Source: Malacoraja senta
Lineage: Eukaryota
NCBI GenBank assembly: GCA_038087875.1
Contig: CM075988.1
Coordinates: forward strand, 558,001 to 622,000
Reading direction: 5' to 3'
DNA length: 64,000 bases
Made by a program: the position numbers and the translations under genes. Under the pieces are notes generated by a model, which did no database searches, had not been told where the DNA came from, and saw only the letters and a program-made list of their open reading frames with translations. Positions 51,430 through 64,000 of this stretch are shown in pieces. Numbering within the stretch: the stretch's first letter is position 1; the number at the start of each line of letters is the position of its first letter.

Positions 51430-52943
51430 AATGACATCAGTCCTCTGAAGGATTGAGGGTCACCATTGAGGCCACAAATTCAGTCACTTTAAAGACATAA
51501 TCGTCCTGCGGTGTGCTTGCGCAGCGTTCAGTTTCCATCCTTTTTAATGACTCTTTTACCAGTTCAGTGAGCTGAAAATTAAAAAACCCATGTAAACAGC
51601 GCAATGGTGGATGGATGCATTGATGAATGAGAATTGAAATGTGCAGAAATTTAACACTATGGACATACAGCACTCAACTGCTCTTTGACCATCTCCTTCT
51701 TCATTCCCACCAGGTGCGGAGTCAGCACTGTTGCTGTCCTGTGACATCTACCTCCTGGAGTGCTGGTGGCTGGTGGAGGGGGCCGTCATCGAAGTCCCCT
51801 CCAGAGGATCTTCCATCTCCTTACGGGGTGCACTCTTCTGTTGTTGTTGCTGGAAGAAATAACATTATTTTAACAATGTGTCCACAGCCTCACAACTTAA
51901 CTATGTCATAAGAATTACCTTCTTTCCACTTCTTCTGCTCACCACCCGCACAATGTGGGATGACAAAAAACACCACTTCTCCTGTATCCATATCTGTCCG
52001 GGTGTCAGTCTGCTCCCAGCAGCCCCAGATATGGTGGCCATTGCGGTCAATTTGCCATAGATTGTTCTCTGGTTCGTGAACCATTTGAAATAGTTGATCA
52101 TCTGTATTAAAAAAGTGCTGGGATTAACTCTGAAAACTGCTTGCATAGCATGTCTTCCAAGAGATAAAAAGGATGCAGAGAGTAAACAAACATGCACTTA
52201 AAAGCCATTGAGGCCTTTGTAATTGCCGCCCTGCCAGGAAGAGAATGGAAGTACAGAAGATAAACAAAGTCAGAGCTTTAAAACAAATTTACCAACTCCT
52301 AATAGCCTGCCTTCCCGCATATTTAATGTAGTCTTGCTTGGAGACAGGATTCAAACTTCAAACACATAACCTGTGAAAGTAGTCTGCAAGATAACTTTAG
52401 AGCTGCAGGGCAACTGGATTGAATGCAAACCTACTAGAAAAGTACATTCATCATGACCTTTTACATCTACGAACCTGTCAAAATTGCAATCATGGATAAA
52501 AGAAAATGGTTGAGCTGCTGAAGTCCAAATATAAGCATGTACTCACAAGGGCAGCAAGGAAACTCCTTCGCCTTTTCCTTGATCAATGCTCGCTGCATCT
52601 CCTGGTTTTTGTACTCCTCTTTGCCTTTATCATAGAGGATGTCATTCCCCTAGTACCATTCAACAAGGTCTCCCTCCTGCTGCCTGTTGAAGGCTTGACT
52701 TTCCTCCATCCCTCCCTCACCAATGGGGCATCCACCTGCGATGCTGTGTCAGATACAGCACAAGGGGTGGAGGTCGGGACATTGCCTACCTCCCTGGTCT
52801 CCTGCTCCAGGGAGCACTCATGCAGGCTGTCCTCCTGTTGCATCTCCTCCTGCCACTCCTCCTCCTGGGTGGGCAAAAGCTTCATGGCAGGTTTTTCGGA
52901 GGGTTGTGCTCTGCCCCTTCATTGCTGTCTCTTAGGTGCCATC
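51430..52943 (-). pseudogene. Harbinger Myb/SANT(MADF)-like DNA-binding gene, spliced, degenerate
   Basis: Starts MAPKR; LVEWY*GNDILYDKGKEEYKN; next exon KWFTNQRTIYGKL..SG...LT..QIWI..WCFL..HI; candidate GT/AG boundaries near 52543 and 52103. Confidence 0.72.
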
Positions 52944-53388
52944 TCCACACAAGCTCCTGCTCCCAATGATTCTCCAGCAATGAGTGGAAACTCCCTGGAG
53001 TGACAGAGGTCACGTGCTAATGTTGACTTTGGCTTTTTTTTTCACTCACCTTTTTTTCTCTATCCAGTTGCCGAGCTACGTTTACCCACGACTACCTACA
53101 ACTACCTTCACGGCCTACTACTGTCTGCCCACCAACTACCTACGAGTAAAGAGTTGCAATTTCTTTCAAGCCGACCATTTTTTTACTCGTGGACATTTTT
53201 TATCGGGCGGGAAAAAACGTCCCGACCACCTGCTGCCACGAGTACAGCTAGCATAACGAGCTGCTACGATATATCTATGAACTCCTATGACCTCCTACGG
53301 ACACGTGACGAACATTCTGTGAGTTTGAATCAGGGGAAAACTCGGGAGAATTTGTGAATTACGTCATGAAAGTGGGACAGGCCCTTAA

Positions 53389-54969
53389 GCCTATGAGGCA
53401 ATTTTAGAAGGATAGTCTTCATATTAGGAGCAACATTCATTTTTTCCATATGGTTGAGATTTTCCATTGCATTGCAACAACCTCTAAGAAACATCGCAAA
53501 CTCATGCAATGCCTTGACATCTTCTGCCTTGATAACTGACCAAGCAAAAGGCTTCTTCATGTATGCATTAGCAATCTTCTGTTCGTGACCAAAATGTTCT
53601 TTAAGCAAATTTCATTCCCTTTGATAGCCCACGACTGAAGACAAATGTCGGCAACTGTGAACAAGGTGCTTTGAATATCCGCTTGTGTATTGCTCCAGAA
53701 AGTGTAAGCGATCTCTCTCATTAATAGTTTCACTTTTCACTCCTTCCTCAAATGCTATAATGAAAGCTTCATACTGCAAAGGATCGCCGTCAAAAACAGG
53801 AATTTCACTTGGAGGTAGAAGAGAGGTTTTGTTGAGTTAGAAGCTTAGCAATTTCATTTTGATTCTTCATCGTCACAGAATTCACATTGAAATCCCTCAT
53901 TGGGCACAGTGGGATGGATAACAGGCCTCTGTGCATCTCTACTCATAGGTTGTACATCAGGCCTCTGAAAAGGGTACTGAGTTTTGTGTCTAGGATCGAA
54001 CCTTAACAGATGGATCAAATTATATTTGCTATGGTCTAACAACCTGCGGCTGAGATGACGATTCATCAACCATCCACCAGCACAGTGCTAGCTCTGAGCA
54101 GCAAGACCAGTATTCCTCTGGCTGTGGATTTAATTTAGCTGCTGTTTTCCAACTTAGCAGCTCCTTCTTCGACAAAGGAACTCTTCTTCTGAGATACTCT
54201 CGAGCTGCAGCTTGAACCTTGGCCCTGCAGTATATCCATCCTTGCCTTAGCCACTGCCAACTTTGTATCTAGTTCCAACTGTTCTTTCTCTCTTTTCAAC
54301 TGCCCTCTTCATTCCTCAGCATCTCTCTTCATCTGTTCTTCCTCTCTTCATCTGTTCCATACATGCCTCAGCTTCTCCCTTCATCTGTTCCACATGTGCC
54401 TCAGCCTCTCTCTTCATCTGTTCTTCTTCCTCTCCCTTCAGCTGTTCTTCCTGTGCCTCAATCTCATGTTTTTTTCTCCAGCTTGTTGTAAGAGAACAGC
54501 TAACTCTACTTCAACTTCCATATGAGCAGAGACCCTCGAAGCTGTACTGGCTACAGAACCAGATTTATGTCTCGATCTTCGTAACAAGACATTTGAGACA
54601 TTGTCTTCAGGTCTAATTTCTTCTGTAGTTACAACACTTTGTTGCATAGCTCTTCCCACTGTAGAGCACGTAGTTTGTGGTCCAATTTCAGATAACCACT
54701 TCTTCACGTCTTCTACAAAAACATCGAAATATTCTGTTTTCTCTTGAAACCACTGATGATGCCTTTTGCGCTTGACCTCAGGCAGCGGAAAATCCAGCAA
54801 TGACTGTGGCTTTCCCCGACCTCACGACAGAGGTTGATTAATTACTCCAGATTAGATTGTACTATCTTCGCATTCTCATCGGGTTTTCAATTGACTTGAT
54901 AACCTGCTTCCATAACTTGTTTCTTGTCTTCGGGTATTTATCCAGGAACATAGTTTGGCCTTTTAATGG
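53389..54969 (-). pseudogene. gag: BEL/Pao gag remnant
   Basis: IRPEDNVSNV, IPVFDGDPLQY..F, FLEQYT, LKEHFG, LRGCCNAM, KLPHRL. Confidence 0.85.
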
Positions 54970-55267
54970 TCAATAGACAATAGACAATAGACAATAGACA
55001 ATAGACAATAGACAATAGGTGCAGGAGTAGGCCATTTGGACCTTCGAGCCAGCACCGCCATTCAATGTGATCATGGCTGATCATCCCCAATCAGTACCCC
55101 GTTCCTGCCTTCTCCCCTTATCCCCTGACTCCGCTATTTTTAAGAGCCCTATCTAGCTCTCTCTTGAAAGCATCCAGAGAACCTGCCACCACCGCCCTCT
55201 GAGGCAGAGCATTCCACAGACTCACCACTATCTGTGAGAAAAAGTGTTTCCTCGCCTCCGTTCTAAA

Positions 55268-56160
55268 TACAATACAATACAATACAATACGGTTTTATTC
55301 ATCACATTGCACATAAAGTGCAAGTGAAATGAATTTGCCAGCAGCGGTACAATGATAAAGAACACACAATACACAATAAAAATTTAACACAAACATCCAC
55401 CACAGCATTCATCACTGTGGTGCAAGGCACAAAATGTAGCCTGTCCTCCTCCATTTTCCCCCGTGGTCGGGACCTCAACCCTCCGCAGTCACCGCTGCGG
55501 GCGTCAAGATGTACAGACAGGTAAAAGTCCAGGTAAGTCCAGAGTCGGCACTTCCCCACCGGAGACCGCGGCTTTAGGTTGGTATAGGCCGCAGGTCGAA
55601 GATTTAAAGTTCCCGCCGCGCCGCAGCTAGAAGCACTGCAGACCGCAGGACCGGCAGTCGAAGCTCCTCTCCAGGGGTGATGGTAAGTCTACGTCAGGCC
55701 CGCGGTAGAAGTAGGCCGCGGGCCGGCAGTGGTGGCTTCTTCTTCTCCCGGGTCCCCCACGAGGGATCCCGGGCTGCGGACGCCGCGCCAGCTGGAGCAC
55801 TTCAGGCTGCCGGCTGCCACGGGCCAGCAAAACAGAGTGCTCCCCTCCAGCGAGCCCCAGCGAGGGCTCGCCTGCTCCACGCCGAGAGTCCACGCTGCGC
55901 CCGCCACTGAAGCCCCCGGCGCATCTCCGGGAAAGGCCGCCCGATCCTCGCTGTTAGGCCAGGGGGGAGGCGACCTGGAAAAGTCGCCTCTCCGTGGAAG
56001 AGGCGACCAAAGCGGTTTCCCCCTCACACCCCACACCACCCCGCACACAAGACACACAAAGAAACATTCAAAACATACTTTAAAACATACTAACAAAATA
56101 AAAAAAGCAGAAAAAAACGGACACGCTGCTGACAGGGCGCCGGCTTGCAGCGCCCCCCAA
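55268..56160 (-). mobile_element. GC-rich SINE-like retroposon with (TACAA)n tail
   Basis: Interrupts the CR1 3' region; termini match 40790-41030. Confidence 0.75.
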
Positions 56161-56600
56161 CTTCTTACTCCTTATTCTTAGACTGTGGCCCCTGGTTCTG
56201 GACTCCCCCAACATCGGGAACATGCTTCCTGCCTCTAGTGTGTCCAAGCCTTTAACAATCTTATATGTTTCAATGAGATACCCTTTCATCCTTCTAAACT
56301 CCAGAGTGTACAAGCCCAGCTGCTCCATTCTCTCAGCATATGACAGTCCCGCCATCCCGGGAATTAACCTTGTAAACCTACGCTGCACTCCCTCAATAGC
56401 AAGAATGTCCTTCCTCAAATTATGGGGCCAAAACTGCACACAATACTCCAGGTGTGGTCTCACTAGGGCCCTGTACAACTGCAGAAGGACCTCTTTGCTC
56501 CTATATTCGATTCCTCTTGTTATAACGGCCAACATGCCATTCGCTTTCTTCACAGCCTGCTGTACCTACATGCTTACTTTCATAGACTGATGTACAAGGA

Positions 56601-57353
56601 TAAATGGTAGGGAATTGAAGAATGCAGGTGAACAGAGGGATCTTGGAATAACTGTGCACAGTTCCCTGAAAGTGGAATCTCATGTAGATAGGGTGGTAAA
56701 GAAAGCTTTTGGTGTGCTGGCTTTTATAAATCAGAGCATTGAGTATAGAAGTTGGGATGTAATGTTAAAATTGTACAAGGCATTGGTGAGGCCAATTCTG
56801 GAGTATGGTGTACAATTTTGGTCGCCTAATTATAGGAAGGATGTCAACAAAATAGAGAGAGTACAAAGGAGATTTACTAGAATGTTGCCTGGGTTTCAGC
56901 AACTAAGTTACAGAGAAAGGTTGAACAAGTTAGGGCTTTATTCTTTGGAGCGCAGAAGGTTAAGGGGGGACTTGATAGAGGTCTTTAAAATGATGAGAGG
57001 GATAGACAGAGTTGACGTGGATAAGCTTTTCCCACTGAGAGTAGGGAAGATTCAAACAAGGGGACATGACTTGAGAATTAAGGGACAGAAGTTTAGGGGT
57101 AACATGAGGGGGAACTTCTTTACTCAGAGAGTGGTGGCTGTGTGGAATGAGCTTCCAGTGAAGGTGGTGGAGGCAGGCTCGTTTTTATCATTTAAAAATA
57201 AATTGGATAGTTATATGGACGGGAAAGGAATGGAGGGTTATGGTCTGAGCGCAGGTTATTGGGACTAGGGGAGAATACGTGTTCGGCACGGACTAGAAGG
57301 GTCGAGATGGCCTGTTTCCGTGCTGTAATTGTTATATGGTTATATATGGTTAT
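56601..57353 (+). mobile_element. Young 5'-truncated CR1 family B copy
   Basis: ORF 56615-57268 is almost identical to the C-terminus of 29798-32563; TSD AAGGA (56596-56600, 57354-57358). Confidence 0.95.
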
Positions 57354-58763
57354 AAGGACCCCCAGATCCTGTTGTACTTCCCCTTTTCCCAACTTGACGC
57401 CATTTAGATAGTAATCTGCCTTCCTGTTTTTGCTACCAAAGTGGATACCCTCACATTTATCCAGATTAAACTTCATCTGCCATGCATCTGCCCACACCCC
57501 CAACCTGTCCAAGTCACCCTGCATTCTCATAGCATCCTCATCACAGCTCACACTGCCAGCCAGCTTTGTGTCATCTGCAAATTTGCTAATGTTACTTTGA
57601 ATCCCTTCATCCAAATCATTGTTGTATATTGTAAATAGCTGCGGTCCCAGCACCGAGCTTTCCGGTACCCTACTGCCTGCCATTCTGAAATCCCTACTCT
57701 TTGTTTCCTGTCTGCCAACCACTTCTCTATCCATGTCAGCACTCTACCCCCAAGACCATGTGCCCTAATTTTGCCCACGAATCTCCTATATGGGACCTTA
57801 TCAAATGCTTTCTGAAAGTCCAGGTACACTACATCCACTGGCTCTCCCTTGTCCATTTTCTGAGTTACATCTTCAAAAAATTCCAGAAGATTAGTCAAGC
57901 ATGATTTCCCCTTTGTAAATCCATGCTGACTCAGACCGATCCTGTTACTGCTATCCAAATGTGCGGCTATCTCATCTTTTATAATTGACTCCAGCATCTT
58001 CCCCACCACCGATGTCATGCTAACTGGTCCATAATTCCCCGTTTTCTCTCTCCCACCTTTCTTAAAAAGTGGGATAACATTAGCTACCCTCCAATCCACA
58101 GGAACTGATCCTGAGTCTATAGAACATTGGAAAATTATCACCAATGCATCCACGATTTCAAGAGCCACTTCCTTAAGTACCCTGGGATGCAGACCACCAG
58201 GCCCTGGGGATTTATCAGCCTTCAGTCCCATCAGTCTTATTTCCACATCTACTTGAATCCAGCTCCCCTTCACCCTCCTGTGGCTGCTCATCAGACGTAC
58301 TTGCTTGAAGATCCATATTAAATGTATCCTTAAATGTATTCTTCAAAACATCATTAAATTGAAGGTCAATCTTCCAGCTACTATGGTAAACAATCGCACA
58401 ACTAATCTTCTTGGAATTCAAAACATCATTAAAATTGAGATTTAAGGTGTTCTGGTGCTTGTAGTTTATCTTTAAGCTACCATAAACAGCCTTCTTACTG
58501 TTTTCTTCAGCTTTTAACTTTAAAGCTCTTAGCTTTTTAAAAAAAAGAAAAAAACTGTTCCATATACGACAAAGTAGCCATTCTAGTCACGATTCCTGGC
58601 TCTCGAAGTCTTCAATCTTTGTTCTTCAGATAGCCCAGGTCTTGACTGTGTCGATTTGTCAGTGACTGGCAGATCATTTGTTCTAGGATTCCAAGCTCTA
58701 ATCTCACTTGTAGAGATTCAACTTTCTTCTTTACTTCCACTGGAGACATTTTTTTTACTTTGA

Positions 58764-59202
58764 TGTAATGGCAATTTTTTAACTTTCCAATGTCCAATTT
58801 TTAATTGCCATTACTACTCGGGGATGTGGTAGAGATATAGATTACGCACTCGCAGATAGTAAAACAAATCTTCCAGTCGTTGTTTCTTGATTAACTGGTC
58901 TTTTATTGAAGTACTACAAACAAAGAAGTGATTCACATCATGTATTTCTTATTCAAATACAAATTATAATTGTTTTATCCATATCGAGTCATGAAGAGTC
59001 GTGCGAGAGTGGTAAAAAACTGTTGTCCCAACTATCCCTCGAGGCTAAATTCCCAATCCCTGTGGCTACGCCAGCCTCCTCAGATGTAGACACTCCCTTC
59101 TACGTATCCAATCCAACCCACAAGCCAAAAGAAAAAACTAGAAATATCTAGACATGGCTATGATATACTAACATTAATAAACAAGTATAAATGGCTCCTA
59201 CA
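58764..59202 (-). repeat. BEL/Pao 5' LTR
   Basis: tgtaatggc...ctaca followed by the TSD CAGTC. Confidence 0.93.
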
Positions 59203-59278
59203 CAGTCTATACCCACCTGTAATGATTACATATTTGTGTATCGGGCAAAATATAGGAGTAAAGAGGTTCTTCTGCAGT

Positions 59279-60520
59279 TTTTTTTTAACTTTTTTTAATT
59301 AAAAAAAAAAAATTATTAGAAGTAAGGACAGTAATGTGGCACCATGGTGCCTAATATATATTGGCAGGTTACATTTTATGTACAGCTTCTTAATTTTTTT
59401 AAATAATGAAAGAGGGAAAGAGAGAATAGATAATAAAAATAGAAAAACGTGTTGTATGGTGTGTGAAAAGGAAAAAGGGGGGAAAGAGGGAAAGTGGAGA
59501 AAAAAAGGAGAGAGAAAGAGAAAGAGTAGAGAGTAGGAAATTATAGGAGATCGTTATTTATATTCTTGACCATCCTTCACCCAGTCCTGAAACAGTTGGT
59601 TTCTACGATTTTGTTGTACCATATGCTTCCAAAAAGTCGAGAAATGGAGACCAACTCGTTAAGAATTGGTCTGATTTATCTATTAGGAGGAATCGCATTT
59701 CTTCAAGATGTGCGGTGTCCAACATGTTTGAAATCCACATTTTAAGCGTTGGTATGGGTGTATTCTTCCAAAATGTAAGTATGTTTTTTTGCCGTTATTA
59801 ACCAATAATTTTTAAATGAATTTTGAAATGTGTTCAATTTGTTCCCGTCTTCCGTTACTCCAAATATAATCATTTCAGTGTTAGGCTCCATTTTTATCTT
59901 GAATAATTTTGTAAATATTTCAAAGATATCGCTCCAGAATTTATAAAGTTTTATGCAGGAAACAAAAGAGTGTGTTATAGTGGCATTTTGAGATAAACAT
60001 TTATCACAAATGGTGGAAGTATTTGGATAGAATTTATTCAGTCTAGTTTTTGAATAATATAATCTATGTAAAATTTTAAATTAAATTAAGTTATGTCTTA
60101 CATTAATCGAACATTTGTGTATATATATCAAATACTTTTCCCATGTTTCTTTTGTGATTTTTATCATTAATTCTCGTTCCCAATCTTCTCTGTGCCTCTG
60201 TCGATGGTAGTTCTATATTTAAAATACTATTATATAAATATGATATTAATTTCTGTGAGTCAACCTTAATATTCATTGCTTCTTCCAGTGGGTCTAAAGT
60301 TATAGTTTGGTGTCTTTGTATGTATTTCTTCATGGTCGCAGATCTGAAGGTATTTAAAATATTGGTTATTTTTCAGCTTAAATTTTAATTGTAATTGTTG
60401 GATTGATAACAGATTTCCCATTTCATACATATCGCCGATCCTTTTAATTCCCATTCTTTCCCATTGGTTATATGTTTTATCAATAAGAGATGGTTTAAAT
60501 GGAGGAATTGAGGAAATTGA
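59279..60520 (-). mobile_element. L1 3' fragment related to 43551-50006
   Basis: FKPSLIDKTY..WERMGIKRIGD and KNNQYFKYLQI parallel 44538-44830; T-rich tail at 59279. Confidence 0.88.
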
Positions 60521-62135
60521 AAATTCCATAAATCAAAACCAATTTTGGGATATGTGGAATAACCCGAGCACAACAAAACTACAAACATTACCAATTCAAG
60601 ACGGTGATATCTGGAGAGCACACTTCAAAAATCTATATAAAGACATCCCAATAAATAAAATAAACTCAAATCATTCTCATATCAAAGAAAAACTCCAAAC
60701 ACTAGAAATAGTAATCAAAGACTATCAAAACCCCCTTGATTTCCCAATTACTTTGGAAGAACCGACCTTAAAAATAAAATCTCTTCACTCAAAGAAAGCC
60801 TGTGGTCCAGATAGCATTAAAAACGAAATGCTCAAGTACAGCACTCCGGAGATGCAGGACATAGTACTTAGGCTGTTCAACATCATACTACGTTCAGGTT
60901 ATTTCCCTGATATTTGGTGCCAAGGGCTTATTTCACCCATTTATAAGAGTGGAAACAAACTAGACCCAAATAACTACCGCAGCATTCTGCAGTATCATAA
61001 ATAACAGAATGCAGGATTTCCTTAACAAACACAACATTCTCAGTAAAAACCAAATTGGCTTCCTCCCAAAACATCGTACCACTGACCACATTTACACCCT
61101 CCACACTCTCATTGAAAAACATGTACACCAAGCAAAAAATGGAAAAATATTTGCCTGTTTTATTGACTTTGAGAAAGCATTTGACTCTATTTGGCATGAA
61201 GGGCTCTACTACAAACTCCTCTGTTGTGGTATAGGAGGAAAGGTATATGACCTTATCAAATCAATGTATCTGAATAATAAATGTGGCATTAAAATTGGGG
61301 ACAAACGCACTGATCTCTTCACCCAGAGAAGAGGCGTCCGGCAAGGCTGCAATCTGAGCCTGACACTGTTTAATTTATATATAAACGATTTGGCAATAAA
61401 GCTGGACCAGAGCACTGCGCCGGGCCTCTGTCTCCTGGACGGAGAGGTAAAATCTCTGTTTTATGCGGATGACTTGGTTCTGCTGTCCCCCACAGAACAG
61501 GGACTGCAGCAACAGTAGGACCTACTTGATGAGTACTGCCAAAATTGGGCCCTGGCAGTAAATGTAAAGAAAACCAATATCATGATTTTCCAGAAAAAAC
61601 CCAGATGTCAGGAAGATAAATACAAATTTACTCTCAATGGTATTATTATCGAACACACTATGAGCTATACTTACCTTGGTCTAACTGTTGCAGCATCAGG
61701 GAGCTTCAATATGGCAGTGAATGCACTAAAAGAGAAAGCTCGAAGAGCTCTGTATGCAATAAAAAGAAGATTCTACAACATCCAAATTCCCATTAAAATC
61801 TGGCTTAAAATATTTGACAGTGTAATCCAGCCTATTGCGCTTTAAGGCAGTGAAGTATGGGGGCCGCTCAGTCACCATAGTTATAGTAAATGGGAAAAAC
61901 ATACAACGGAGGCCCTGCAGGCGGAATTTTGTCGGAACATCCTCCACATCCAAAGGAAAACACCAACAAACGCATGTAGGGCAGAATTAGGCAGATACCC
62001 ACTGATAATAAATATCCAGAAAAGAGCACTAAATTTTTGGAATCACCTTAAATCTAGCCCACCAGATACCCTCCAGTTTAAAGCCCATAAAACACAAGAG
62101 GGGAGCCCAGAAAAGAGTTCCCTGTGTCAGTTGGT

Positions 62136-62136
<1 letters not shown>
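60520..62136 (+). mobile_element. RTE-X-like LINE RT fragment
   Basis: KACGPDSIKNEMLK, PNNYR, QIGF...TTDHI, FIDFEKAFDSIWH, GVRQGC, LFYADD, ACRAELGRYP; clade assigned from motif style only. Confidence 0.7.

Positions 62137-62192
<56 letters not shown>
62137..62192. repeat. (GA)n microsatellite
   Basis: Pure GA run. Confidence 0.98.
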
Positions 62193-62197
<5 letters not shown>

Positions 62198-62636
62198 TTC
62201 AAGCTATCTATATATAATTATGTTGTTTTTACATTTGCGCAAAAACGGTACCCAATAGTGCTACAATTTTCACCACCTGCTGTGCTGCAAATGCAACAAG
62301 TTTTGTTCCGATTGGTGGAACATTACAAAAGTTATTAAGGTTTTAAAAATCATAAAAGTGCAGATTGGTCTCCACTTCTTTCAGCAGATTGGTGTTCTCT
62401 CCTGTTGTTCACCGGGACAGCGACGCCCCTTCCAGCACCCGCTGTCAACCACCGGCGGCGAGGAGAATAAAGCTGAAGGAGCTGAGTTGGCAGAGTGTGG
62501 AGAGTGAGTGCGTCGACCACCACGACGGGACGGGGGCCAGGATCCGCTGAGTGAGGCTGGGGGCTGGGAGCCGGAAGACAGGAGCCATTGAGTGAGGCCG
62601 GGGGCCTGAAGCCGGTAGCCGTGAGTGTGGAGCCTG

Positions 62637-63206
62637 TGTTACGACTCCCGAATGCAGGTGCTTCAGAGCCGCGTAACATAATTCAAAAACCAGGTTCAAG
62701 TTCAAAAATAGTTTTAATTATTCAATGGAACACAAAACCCAAACCTGGTTCAAACAACCCAGTCAGGGATATGGATGGACTAACAAACAATTTAACAGTG
62801 CTCCAGCCAGCCACGTGATGGACCGTCGAACCGGAGACTCTAAAACCTGCCTAAAGAGATATAACCCTGAAACAAAATACACGAAAACACTAAGGTCAGC
62901 CCTTATCCATCCCAATTCAATATTTGTTAATAAGTAATGGTGAAAGTACACAAAGTTCAGGCCTTCCGCAGCTCACTCCAGCAGTCAGCTCACAAGTCAG
63001 GGTCGATGAAGTAGAGACAGAATCCTGGGAGACTCTGGTATTTAAGCTTCAGATGAGTCATCCGTCACCTGATGCAGCTTGGCCAATCAGGTACAGGAGC
63101 CTTTTAACCCCTTGATTCCAGACTCACAGCCACAAGGCTGTAACTCGGGAAAGAAACAGAGAAAGGTAAGTACATAGCCTTCACCAGGGGAGGGAAGCGC
63201 CTAACA
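62637..63206 (-). repeat. Gypsy 3' LTR
   Basis: tgttac...ctaaca termini; adjacent minus-strand PPT gggtggggg near 63207-63215. Confidence 0.75.
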
Positions 63207-63291
63207 CCCCCACCCAAAGATGCTGAATAAGTTTCGGAAGAAGAGAGAAAAAACACCACCAAATCCCAGAAACTATTCAGGAGCTAAAATA

Positions 63292-64000
63292 CTACTGGCG
63301 CGACAAGGCGTCAGCCAAGACATTATCCTTGCCACGGATATGCCTGACCTCCAGGTTGTAGTCTTGCAGCTGCAAACTCCAGCTCATTAACCGCCGGATC
63401 TTATTCTTCATACTTTTCAAAAATACCAACGGATTATGATCCGTGAGTACGATGACAGGGACATTCGAGGAGCCAACATAAACCTCGAAATGATTCAGAT
63501 AGCAAGGGCTTCTTTCTCAATGGTGGAGTACCACTTCTGATGATGATTAAACTTCTTAGAGAAGTACGAAACTGGATGCTCCACCCCATCTGAATCATCC
63601 TGTAGAAGAACTCCCCCAACCCCACGATCACTAGCATCCACTGCCAGCTTAAATGGACGCTCAAAATCAGGTGCCGCAAGCACAGGTGCGCACACCAGAA
63701 GACTTTTAGTATGATCAAAGGCTTGTTGACACTCTGCGGACCACACAAAAACTACCTTCGGACACAGCAAATCCGTCAAAGGGGCAGCCACTGCAGAGAA
63801 GTTTGGACAGAATCCTCTATAGTACCCAACCATAGCCAGATACCTACGGAGTTCAGTCCTCGAGGTTGGAGCAGGAAATGCGACAATATGCCCCACCTTT
63901 TCCTTGAGAGTGCGAACCTGACCCCGGCCCACCACCTTACCCAGATACGTTACCGTGGCCTGGCCAAACTCACACTTCCCCAGATTGATCGTTAGTTTTG
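63292..64000 (-). pseudogene. pol: Ty3/Gypsy (Gmr1-like) pol C-terminus: RT thumb + RNase H
   Basis: VTYLG, MVGYYRGFC, APVLAAPDF, VDASDRGVGGVLLQ, PVSYFSKK, YSTIEKEALA, HIRGKDNVLADALSR then stop. Confidence 0.9.

Larger units (their letters stand above)
41381..53385. mobile_element. PIF/Harbinger DNA transposon with two convergent genes, defective
   Basis: TIR agggcctgtcccactttca / tgaaagtgggacaggccct; TAA on both sides (41378-41380, 53386-53388). Confidence 0.93.
54970..58240 (-). mobile_element. CR1 LINE fragment with (AGACAAT)n tail, split by two inserts
   Basis: ORFs 56080-56553, 57192-57734, 57548-58291; tail at 54970-55017. Confidence 0.92.
13294..59202 (-). mobile_element. BEL/Pao LTR retrotransposon, defective, stretched to ~46 kb by nested insertions
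   Basis: TG...CA LTRs at 13294-13755 and 58764-59202; 5-bp TSD CAGTC (13289-13293, 59203-59207); gag and pol remnants in the expected order; terminal VRPITKICLLLE motif. Confidence 0.93.

Noticed and set aside
55627..56181. GC-rich ORFs / CpG-island promoter
   Set aside because: Internal to an insertion that interrupts a CR1 and has a retroposon tail.
62200..62636. GC-rich segment next to the Gypsy LTR
   Set aside because: Probably another repeat fragment, but no termini, TSD or coding motif could be established.

Overview
Vertebrate, almost entirely transposon-derived DNA; the repeat repertoire suggests a cartilaginous fish such as a skate or ray (inference). No host gene is confidently identifiable. 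The window is dominated by a nest of insertions. A BEL/Pao LTR element (13294-59202, minus, CAGTC target-site duplication, TSD) contains (i) a class I ERV-like provirus (13948-39904, TTAC TSD, tRNA-Pro PBS) that appears to carry gag only and is itself interrupted by three CR1 LINEs (one full-length with both ORFs open), a complete DIRS element, a Harbinger-type foldback holding a Rex1 LINE and smaller inserts, and (ii) a two-gene PIF/Harbinger transposon (41381-53385, TAA TSD) holding a full-length L1. The flanks carry more CR1s, a second DIRS 3' half, a TIR element, an L1 fragment, an RTE-X-like LINE and a Gmr1-like Gypsy 3' end. Also notable: ~100-bp hammerhead-ribozyme-motif insertions, a GC-rich SINE-like family with exchangeable LINE tails, and a minus-strand bias of the large retroelements. 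Coordinates were read by eye; boundaries without a TSD are approximate.
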